A DNA stretch of 64,000 nucleotides from Antedon mediterranea (lineage: Eukaryota; Animalia; Echinodermata). The notes below the pieces were generated by a model. That model was not told the origin of the DNA and did no database searches. It worked only from the letters and a program-made list of their open reading frames with translations. Where the stretch lies: assembly GCF_964355755.1 (NCBI RefSeq), contig NC_092672.1, forward strand, positions 29,828,437-29,892,436, read 5' to 3'. Position 1 is the stretch's first letter, and every line of letters begins with the position of its first letter. The position numbers were made by a program, and so were the translations under genes. Of this stretch, positions 1 through 12,000 are shown one piece after another.

Positions 1-84
1 AAAGTAACAAACATACATACTTCGGAAATAGATGTTCAAGTAACAAGTCAAGCCGTTTTACAAGATAAAAACTTAATCGAACTC

Positions 85-3000
85 ATGATGTATTTGTTTA
101 TTTGTTTTTGTTTTCTTTTCAACTTTTTGAATTCTCATGCGGGTGAGTTTATTCTTTTTTTTTTTCAAATAGATAGTACTAAAATAACAATTTTTAAATG
201 CTGTGATAGGCCAACTTGATATGCATTCTTGCATCTTCACATTGGTATTTTGTGCATTTCAGTCAAAAATAAACTTGTATATTTTTTTTGTTCAAATGTA
301 AACATATATATAAAAACACTAATTCATAAAACGATTCCAAATTCAATTACAATATTTATGAAAATAGTAAATAATGTATTTAAAACACTAGGCCTAATTC
401 ATATAGAGAAAAAAAATATAACATAATATATTATGAGAATATTTATTTTCGTCTGTTTAAAAAATGTATGTAAATATTATGATATTTGCAGTCTTCTGCT
501 TTAAAATATAATGAATATATTTCTTTGAATGCAAAGAGAATGAAAACAAAAGTATTCATAATTTTAGATTCTTTTCTTTATTGAAAATAACTTTAAAAAT
601 AAATAATGCGTAAACATTTTGGTATGTATGGTACATGAAGTACAATTTTTAATCAACTTATTTGAAAGAAATATAAAACGACGATAAAGGCATGCAAATA
701 CCTATAACTACTTTTTAAAGAATCATTATTTATAACCAATTAAATAAAAATTGTAGATTTCTCACAATAATGTATATAAGTGTTTGATTCCTTACACTTA
801 TACTTATCTCATATGTACTATAATCCATAGCTCGTTGACAAATCTACACTTTGTAATGAAATAAAATTGTGTTTCAGCACTCATATCTTATGGAAAGCCA
901 GCAACATCATTGTCTGTATATCCAGGTTCTTCATCTGTATATTCGACTGACGGGAAGGAAAGAGAACCAGACTGTTTCCATTCAGGTGATATACAGTCTA
1001 GACCATCGTAATCTAAAATAAATAATTATGTACAGCAATTCATATATGGTTATACCATGGAGAAATAAGTTATATTTCTCCATCCATGGTTATACGAAAC
1101 TCGCATGGGTTAGGCCTATTTGGTTTGCGCGAGATGAATATTGATACAAAGGCCAACAATAACAGGTTCAGCTATTTAAGTGTCAAGAATTGCAATTGTA
1201 GGAAATTTTATTTTCAGGCTATACTGGGCCACATAGTACGGCGAATATGTACTATTGGCATTACCGCCTTGGCTATACGCTATTTAGGGCTATATAACCT
1301 TACGTAAACAGATACAAATTCATAACATAAAATATTTACATTTTTTTTAAAGCATACACACAGGTTGGTGAATGGCTGAAAGTTGATCTTGGAGCAGACT
1401 ATACGATTACAACAGTGGTCATCATTAATAGAATAAGTAAACTTTTTTATCACAATTATTAAAGTCATTTTCACCTTCCATTCCACGTACAATTATCATT
1501 TTTATACGTATTTAACTTATCATTTTACCTAATAATATATAAATTAATATTATATATTATAAAATAATGTAAAAATATATAAAACAACATTATTGTTTTA
1601 TATATTTGCACATTCTACCAAAGTACTTATATGTTTCATTGTACGTCTTTTTGCTGTTCTTTCAAAGGACCTCATTGGAAACAAGTCCGTAGAGGACTTT
1701 TATGAGTTATCCTTGGCATCCTTTCTTGTTATATTCATGGTTTTTTATATATGCTATTTTTAATTTTAATTGTATGTCTGTGATTTTTTTATGTACTGAT
1801 GCCGAAATAAATCAAATCAAAATCAAATCAAAATCAAATCACTCAAGGCGCTTGCGGAAAACAAAAGAAAAACTAATCCGTTAACAAAACAAAAAATACC
1901 AAATCTAGTCCAATCAAATCCGCATAACTGCTTTTCGTTTCTATAGTACAAAACTCACATTTGTTTGTTAGTTATGTGAGCATCTCACTAGACAATAAAT
2001 ATCAGAAAGGTGGGGACGGACGCATTTCGTATATTTGTACTTTATGAAATGATGACTGTGTCTTTTTCTGTTGTTGCTCTTCTTTCTGTTGTTGCCGCCC
2101 AACAATGGGCCAGAATTCAAACCCGTTTGGCTTTATGACACTGTTTTTTTGTCTCCTTCTCTCGTAAGCCCACTTGTATTCATTCTTTCCTGCATATCAT
2201 AACATAATAATTAGAATTCTCTTTTCCTTTATTTAAACCATTATTATCTAACATATTAAACATTTGCTTTATGCTTTTTGCTTTAACAAATGCTTTATGT
2301 TAATTTCTGAACAAACAAGACTTATTCAAATTATGTGTCAAATCATGATTTTACCAACAATTCATGACCAAAGAACATGGTCGGATTGGTATACATTGTG
2401 ATGTTTTATTTAACATGTTAAACAATTTCGTCAATGGATTTGGCCCACTGTGTGCCGCAGTCATTATTGATCGTTACGGTATCATTTTTTATTTTTACGC
2501 GTTACGGTATCATTATCGATCGTTACGGGGTATCATTATCGACATTGATGCCACTATCAGTATTTATCAATATTATTATGATCATCATTACTTTAATCTT
2601 GCGTACATCTTCTTTTTTTTTCTTTTTTTTTTTTTTATTCATTTCAAAAAACACAACCATAACACAAACTCATTTAAATGTAAAGTAATAGGTTTAAAAA
2701 ATTACAGTGATCAAACAATATTAAAAACTATAAATTATTAATTCCATTTTTTTAAAGTGAATAATTAATTAATTTGGTAAATGCTGTGTTTTCCACATTT
2801 ATGTAACTAATCTAACTAATACAATTGTATTAATCAAATTAGCCAGAGATATACATTTAATAACATTATTATTATTTTTTCTTTAACATACAGTAATAAT
2901 AATAAATAATACTCATATACATACACATACATACACACAAATATATCTTAATCTGTACTATAACTAAGGAACTATAATATAATTGTGTTAATTAAAATCA

Positions 3001-6000
3001 GATACATACATTTAACAACATAAACATTTTTTTCTTTAAAATAATACATATATACATGTTTGTAATTATCTGTATTGTGACCGAGGAACTAATAGTAGGT
3101 CTATAATAAATAATTAAAAATATCTAACAAGTGAGAATAATAATTTCTGGTTTACATTTTAATTTAATACAATAATAATAAAGTAATAAATAAAGAGCAA
3201 GCGTAATAATAATAATTCACAAAAGTAAGTCATTTCCTCGAGAAACAGTATAATTAAGTTATTAAATAATTATAATCTTCTATTAATCTCCACTTTTGTC
3301 TGAAATTATACAATGTACTTCTTTTAGAAGCAATGTTTTTTTCTACATTATAATTAAATTTTAACAGATTAAAGAAAACCTGGAAGACTGGCTTTTTGTG
3401 AGTTAATTTAAAATATAATTTTCTTAATCAACAAAATACATAGATTTAATAGCATATCAGGATTTTCTGTATTGTAGCCAAATAATATGGAGGTTTTTAT
3501 CAAGGTTAATCTTTGTTTTTGAAATGTTTTCCCACCAAGTCGTGAATTCATCCCATAGTTTGGTTGCAATGTTACATTCAACCAAAAGATGGGTCATAGT
3601 TTCAATATGAACACATATTACTCGGTACAATATTCATTTTATGTAATCTACTATTAGTTGACAAGCAATTCACATTAATTTTATACTGAAATATTCTGGT
3701 TCTTACCTCCTGAGAACATTTAAATGGTAATACATAGATATTTTCCCATTTATCGCTATCTACACCTAATTCATCCTGCAATTTACTTTGAGATGTTGGT
3801 ATTTTAAAGATTTTTTTAATTAAGGCTCTGTATATATTTTTTGTACTCATACTTTCTAATTCTTTTTCTTCATTCTTTACGTCCACTATAAATCCTCTCT
3901 TTTTATAATTTTTTCGTAAAAACCCTAACTTCATGTTTGTTTTCCACTGTGGGGGTATTGCAGATATTGTCATTCTCCAGTGCATAAAATTACTTGTCGA
4001 TAAGCCTCTCTCTATCCGTACATCTTAACTGAATTAAATATTTATCAACAGCATCTAATTATAATAATAAACGAATTGCTGGTGCTGTGGTAACGATTAA
4101 AACGGATGATATGAGTACAGAAAACACGTGTGGTCATACTGTAACAATTGCCGATTCGTTACGCGCTCCATTGATTGAATTTACCTGCAACCCACCAATC
4201 AGAGGACGCTACGTGAAACTATGGTTTCCGAATAAAATGGAATTCATTACCATTTGTGAAATTAAGGTCTACACAGATGATTTAAGCCAAAGTAAGTTGT
4301 TAGATAAGCTTTTTTTTATAGTAGGCCTATTATATTTACTTTGTTGTTGTTATTTTCTTTGTTTAACTGCCCGATATAACGACACCTACACCAGTTTAAA
4401 GTTTTCGTCCTGAATTATTTGTTTGGATATACAAAAAAGCAATGTCTATTGATTTTCTGGATAATCGATATACTGGTGATGTCAGAAAAGTGAAAAATTG
4501 AGTATCTGTATCTTTAATAAGGGATCGAAATATTATATGGCGTGCCCTCTTTTGATCTACCCTTTTGATAAACGCTTAACTTATCTTTTTATTACTTTTT
4601 TTTTCAGTTTTAATAATTTAGTTATGTCAATACTGATGTACGACAAGCAAATGTACAGAAACAAGAGTGGGAAAGATTTTGCAGTCTTACCATAATTGTA
4701 TAACTTGATATAATATATTTTACTAAACACAAAAAACAGTTCATTTTTTGTTCATATATGAATTCCAAAGTAGCCTATTCTACGTGGGTCATTTAATGTT
4801 CTCAATTTCTAAAGAGCCTCAGTGTGCGACTCCAATCCAAGTCAGTCCATTGAACAAGACTTACCATTTACAAGACATATCTGGCAATGGAAATTACTTA
4901 AATGGATCACCTGATCTAGAATTTACTACTGGGATTTATGGCGAGCAAGATGAAGCAGTATTGATAAACCGAGATATTGGTTCGCAAATAACATTACTCT
5001 ATGGACACAAAGGCCCAACTTTTACTTTAGCTTTCTATGTTTTTATGAACGACGGTTCAAAAAAGGCCTTCGTTTATTCCGACTCATTTGAAATCATATT
5101 TGCGTTTCCCGTTAAAAATCTACTTCACGTGTCGGAAGTAGCGGTTCATTACAACGTGTATGGCGAGGTTATTCGTTGCAATGCCTTGCGTTCTGAAGAG
5201 TGGACATTTTTTGCTCTTACTTTCAACGGATTCGAAAGAAAAATACGACTTTGGAGAAACGGGGAGATTGCTTGTATGGCTGATACGGAATTCTCAGAAA
5301 TCAATTTTGGAAGCATTGTGTTTGGTGGTGACGAGAGTGTAATGAAGATGGCCAAGCTACAGGTTTACCATGAGAGCCTTGATGAATATGAGATAAAAGA
5401 AGCGAGAGACCTGGACAATGTTATTAGGGGTAAGAATCATTGTCTTTAATAGAAATACACATCAGTTAATGATTATGATTATCAGTTGAAATCATTGTAA
5501 TCATCACCATAATCACTATAAGTGTGCTGACCTCACGAGCTTGAACCGTCAAACTCGCTATTCAGTAGATAAACCCAATCCACGACAAAAAATACTGCAA
5601 CACAATCACTTGTTGACTGACTCTTTAATACAGCAAATTCAGCCATAAACAGGGTAAACTGAAATTAAGCATACTTAAATCCAGCTCCAAGTAGTAATAA
5701 ACATAACATAAATATAAACTATCTGCAAAACAGATCAAACGTAGCGCCCTCTTACGGAGGTGTACATGCCTAAAGAACATATTAAACAAAGTCATCAAAT
5801 AATCAACAGCGCCCTCATACGGACGTACTACTTCTATAGATACGGCATACAAAATAGAACACCGCCCTCTACACGGAGACTCGTGTTTATCGCCATGCTG
5901 TTCAAGCGATCGTATACGATTCAATCTACGCAGGCCTAGGCCTACGACCACAATGTAGTATAGCATTAATAATCTAGGCCACTACTGTGGTTCATATAAT

Positions 6001-9000
6001 TCTAATTATTGTAATATAATACTCTAACAACTTACAAGCAATGTGCGGCCTACTAGTTTAGTAAATTACACACTATCTCGGCACAATAAGGCATTTAGAA
6101 GCCGAACTCTAGAACACATGTAGTCAATGCGAAACTTATAACATGGATCCTATTTACATACGCCCTCTCTCGGAAAGGAACGATGCAGCTAAAATAGGAG
6201 CAACACACTCCCCGTCTGGTATCTAAAGGATACCATTCATATCAAAAAGTTAAAACATAAACAAAGTAACAAAGGAATATGACATAATATTCATTATAAT
6301 AATGTTCAATGTAACTCTTAAGGAGTCGGCATTATCAGTACCAATTCACTAATCGGTCTTGCAAAGGTTTTCAGTTCTCCACCTCTATAAACAGTCACTT
6401 CCACTCTCCTAACTCGTCCGTCTGATCCTTCAATTGCTTTAACGATTCGTCCCAAAGGCCAATCATTTCTGACGGTGTCTTTCTCCTTTAGAAGAACAAT
6501 ATCTCCTTCCTTTATATTCCTCTTTTCATGTTGCCACTTGCTTCTGTTCTGAAGTGTAGGGATATAGTCTCTTTTCCATTTTGACCAAAATTTGTTAGCC
6601 AAGTGCTGTACCGTTCGCCACTGCTTACCATACAAATCAGCATTACAAAACGCTCCAGGAGGTGCTGCGAATGGTTGAGACTTTTGAGTAAGTAGAGTGT
6701 TTGGTGATATTATTTGTGGTGATTCAGGATCAGTAGAGACTTCTACTAAGGGTCGTGCATTAATAATTCCTGATACTTCTGCCATTAGCGTTACCAGGAC
6801 TATACCATCTATAATCTTCCTTGCTACTCCAATCATACGTTCCCAACTTCCTCCCATACGGGATGCATGAGGCGGGTTGAACACCCACTCACATTCACGG
6901 GTCAATAGATAGCGTTTAATTTTATCTTGTCCTTCTTTCTGAATACTTTCACCCAAGATATTGCACGCACCAACACAATTCGTCCCACAATCTGACCGTT
7001 GTTGTTTCGCAGGACCTCTTATCGCAAAGAATCTTCTAAGGGCATTCAAGCAGCTTGAGGTATCCATACACTCTATAACCTCTATATGGACAGCCCGACT
7101 ACACATGCAAGTAAACAAAATGGCCCATCGTTTTCCGTTTGCTTGTCCACCCCTTGTGCGCCGTGTTCGTACCATCCAAGGACCGAATACGTCAAGCCCT
7201 ACATATGTGAATGGGGGAGCTGATGTTAAGCGTTCCTTAGGTAAATCAGCCATTTTCTGTGTCTCTTGCTTTCCTCTCTGCTTCTTGCAAACTACACACT
7301 TCCCAAGCTCCTTTGAGATTGACCTCTTGCCACCTATTATCCAGAAGCCTTCACTACGTATTCTGCCATGTGTTAGGTGTCTGCCTTGGTGTTGAACTTG
7401 TTGGTGGTAGTGGCGGATGATTAATGTTGTGACATGGTGATGTTTGGGAAGAATCATAGGATGCGCTCCTTCTTTGGCTAGTCCCATTTCTAAACGTCCT
7501 CCAACTCGCATGACTCCCTCGTTATCCAAATAAGGTGTAAGCTTTACTAGCGTACTTGTCTTGGGAAGATGTTTTCCATTCTTCATGTGATTGATTTCAG
7601 CTGTGAATTCATCAAGTTGAGCACATTTCACTACAATCTGTTTTGCCTTAATCAATACAGGTGGTGGAATCATGCATACATGCCACCCACTACAGTCTTT
7701 TTTCTTGGTTTCTGTGAATGTACAAGCAATATGCACAAGACTTCCAATTGCTCGCACAAGATTTCCCCAATTCGAAAATCTGCTAAATCGCTCGGATCCC
7801 AGTGATTTGGCTGACTGAACTTCTGTACCACTGGTAGCTACGACAGGTCTTACTTCGGGATGCTCTTCAATTTCACTGATGTCACAGACCGTTGTGTTTC
7901 TCTCACACGAGTTCTTATTAAGTAGGAATCTTGGTCCTTGAATCCATGCCGAGTTCTGTAAGTCTTTAGCCTTGATGGATCTTGTAGCTTGATCGGCTGG
8001 GTTTATATCTGTTTTAACATATTTCCATTGTTCTGGTTTGGTCGACTGAAGAATCTGATCCACTCTGTTCGCCACGTACATGTAGAACCTACGGGTTTTA
8101 TTTCTAATATAACCGAGAACGACCTTGCTATCGGTGTAAAAATGTGTGGCATCCAAGTTAAAATCCAATTCAGTTTTAACACATTTTGCGACTTCTGCGG
8201 CAAGTACTGCTCCGCACAACTCTAAGCGTGGTATTGATGTCGCAGCTTTAGGTGCTAGCTTTGCCTTTCCAACAACAACACTCAAGTGAACTTCTCCCAC
8301 TTTATCAGTAATTCTGATGAGGTAAGACACAGCGCCAATGGCTGTGTTAGAAGCATCAGAGAATGTGTGGAGTTCTCTCTGGATGGACTGGTTTGATGGA
8401 AATGATGTATAAGGACGAGGGATCAGAACATCTGACAGTTGAACTATGGAGCTTCGCCACTTCTGCCATGAATCATGTAGCTGTTTCGGTAATGGCTCAT
8501 CCCAATCTATGCATTGATTTCTTGTCATTTCCCTTAACAGCCTTCTTCCCTCTATAATGACGGGTGACGCAAAGCCAATTGGGTCATATATGCTGTTGAT
8601 TTCTGACAGCACTCCTCGCTTAGTGAATGCCTTGCTGCTAACCTCCGTAATAGAGAAAGTAAAAGCATCTGACTTGACATCCCACAGTACCCCTAATGAC
8701 CTTTGCATAAGAGGAGCGTCAGATCCGAGATCGAGGTTGCACATGTTACTTGCTACATCTTGAGATGAGAAAGCAGCTATCACTTTTGCATCGTTTGAGA
8801 CAATCTTGTGTAATCGTAAATTAGCTGTGGCTAACATGGCTTGTGTGCGCTTGAGCAGGTCGATCGCCTCATCTGAAGTAGCTAAAGACTTCAGCCCATC
8901 ATCGACATAAAAATTCTTCTCCACGAACTCTCTTGCATCTGCGCCAAACTCGCTCTCTCCTTCTTGTGCAGTCTTTCTCAGTCCTAGCGTAGCAACAGCT

Positions 9001-12000
9001 GGAGAAGGTTTGTTTCCGAAGATGTGAACTTTCATCCGATACGTTCTCAATACTTTGCTGGGGTCGTTGTCTTCGAACCACAGGAACCGAAGATAATCTC
9101 TGTGTTCTTCCACGACTTGAAATGAGTAGAACATTTGCTCAATGTCTGCTACAAACGCCACAGGATCCTGCCTGAACCGTATCAATACACCAAGCAACCC
9201 ATTTACCAGATCTGGTCCACTCATTAACACGTTGTTAAGTGATGTATCTTGGAATTGCGCACTGGAATCAAAAACCAACCGGATCTTCCCTGGCTTTTGT
9301 GGATGGTACACACCAAAGTGTGGTAAATACCAGCACTCTTCATCATGACTGTCATCTTCGACGAGCTCAGCATGTTGCTTTGAGAATACTTTCTCCATGA
9401 ACGCTAAGTAGTGAGCTTTCATCTCTGGCTTCTTATCCAGTGTGCGAATAAGAGACTGCATACGATTCATTGCTTGCTGCTTGTTGTTGGGTAACCTTTT
9501 TCTTTCTTCTCGAAAAGGAAGTGGGGCTATCCAATTTCCTTGTTCACCTCGTTTCATCTCTTTTCCCATAAGTTGCACGAACTCCACATCTTCTCTGGAC
9601 ATTCCATACTTCTCGTCATCTTCTTTCTGTTGGAATACATTACCACCGAGTACGTCACAGCTGCGTTGCAGGGTTATTTCCTTCGCACTGATCATTCCTT
9701 TACAAGTTGTAAACATGGCGGATGGCCTACCATTTCTCAAAACCTTTATATGGTTTCTGTTGGCGGTGACAACATTCTTTTGGTGGGCTCCCCCTAAGCA
9801 GACGTCGCCAATAACCATCCAGCCTAGATCAAGTCGTTGGCCCCATGGAGAGTGATTTGGTCCATTGCGTACTTCTCGGACTTTATGAGCTTGAGCAGCG
9901 TCTCGGCCGAGCAGTATGGTAATATTTGCATTCTCATCCAAGGGTGGTATCTTGTCCGCAATATCCTTCAAGTGAGGAAAATTGCTGGCTGTCTCTGGAG
10001 TGGGAATTTCTGCCTTGTTCCCAGGTATGTCATTACATTCAAGTAGCGATGGGGCTGCTATTCTTGTTTTACCATCCATGGACTCAATTATCAGCTTCTC
10101 CAGTTTTCGGCCTTGAACTTCAGCCGCTCCCGAACAGGTCTTCAAAGTATACGACGTAAGTCTTGCATTGATGTTAAAAAGGTCGAATACCTCACTCTTG
10201 GCCAACGAGCGATTGCTTTGGTCGTCTAGTATTATGTAGGTTTTTATGAAAGTGTTAGGATGGTCTTCTAAATATATTTTTGCTAAACAAATTTTAGCAC
10301 ACGATCGGCTCAGCCCAATTCCACCGCAGGCATCCGTACATGTAGTACTTACTACTTTGTCTCTTTCCTTCGTCTTCTGTGACTCTGTCCCCTGCTCCCC
10401 GCCATTTGCCTTCTCACCTTTTGCCTTTTGCTTCATTTTTACTTGCTCCCCGCCATTTGCCTTTTGCTCCACTTTTACTTGTTCCCCGCCATTCGCCTTC
10501 TGCGGACGGTCACCATGGAATGCAGTCGGGTGACGATCACTACCGCATTCTCCACACCTGACATTTCTATCACAATTCCTAGCCATGTGTGATGTAGATG
10601 AGAGACATCGGAAACATACTTGGTTTTCCTTAAGGGATGACTTCTTGGCAGCATAAGTCTTGGCCAGAAAGTTTCTACAGTCTACCAACGGATGCTGACC
10701 ATTGTGTAGCGGACACATCCCTTCAGATTTATTCACCTCAGTCATTCTCACATTTACAGTTGAACGTAGCGTGGTCTTAGGACGGTAACCTGTCTGTGTA
10801 CGGTAGTTTCCCGGTGTATCAGTTTTGACCTCATCAACAATTCCTCTTGGGACATCAGGATCACGTTGGATGTGAGCCATCTCACTTAGAAACTCTGTGA
10901 AAATGTTGAAATTCGGGAACGTTTTCATTTTCCTTTTATGTTTTGCGACCTTTTCTCTCCATTTATTAATTATGAAGTATGGTAACTTCTCTACAATTGG
11001 TTTAATACCTTGAGGAGTGTTTAACGTAATCAGATGGGGTAGCTCCTGCATTTGAGCAACTGCGTCTCCACACAAATCAGCCAGTTCTTGGAGTGCGGTC
11101 AAATCACCTGCTTTGAATCTTCTGTATTTGGTAAGTCTCAGGATGATTTCAGCTGATATTAAGGTTTGGTTCCCGAACCTGTCTTCTAGCTCAGTCCAGG
11201 CCTCATGATAGGCCTTGTCAACATCTTCAACATGCCTTAGTCTGAATCGATCAACCAAAACTTTTGCTTCGCCAGTAGTATATTTACACAGGAATGACAG
11301 CTTTTCAACAGTGTCCACACAGGCTGTTTTCACCATAGCTTCAAAGGATCTTTTCCACGGAAGAAACATTATTGGATCCCCAGAATAAATATCCGGTTCT
11401 TGCAAGGGTAATCGCTGACGTGCCAGTATTCGAATGTACTCCTGCATATGATTTGGTTCGTAAGATCTAGCTCCAGGATTAAGAGTAGACGTTGGTACCT
11501 CTACAGCATTGTTTAGATAATTTTCTACCCGCTGACTGGGTTCCATCTTTGGAAGTTCGTTAAGCACCTCTGCCATTCTTTGACTGGGTACTGCATCTTG
11601 GGGTGTGCCTTGCACCTCTTCCATCTGATTATTGCTTTCTAACTGTGAAAGCTCTTCCTCAATATCTTCAAAAGATATATGTTGCAATTCTGCTTGAAGG
11701 GCATTGGCTCTAGCCTGTGCTGCAGCCATTTCTTCTTCTTTCTCTACTTCGTCTATGTCTAACTCAGCCTTCAACGCCTCTAACTTGGCGGCACTCTTCT
11801 TCTTCGCAAATGTAACACGAGCTTTCGCTACAGCAGCATCAGCACGAGCTTGTGCAGCAGATACTTCTAATGATGACACTGACTGCGATGATGCCTTCGA
11901 TCTATGGCTCCTTGACCCTATTGACCTTGCTTCATCTCTCGCACCATCACGTCTTCTACTAGAAGTCGACATTGCTTTTCACTGTGCTGACCTCACGAGC

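Noticed and set aside
2460-2545. ~21-bp GATCGTTACGGTATCATTATC repeats in intron 3 and (ATC)n runs in intron 5
   Set aside because: Ordinary degenerate simple repeats inherited with the gene unit.
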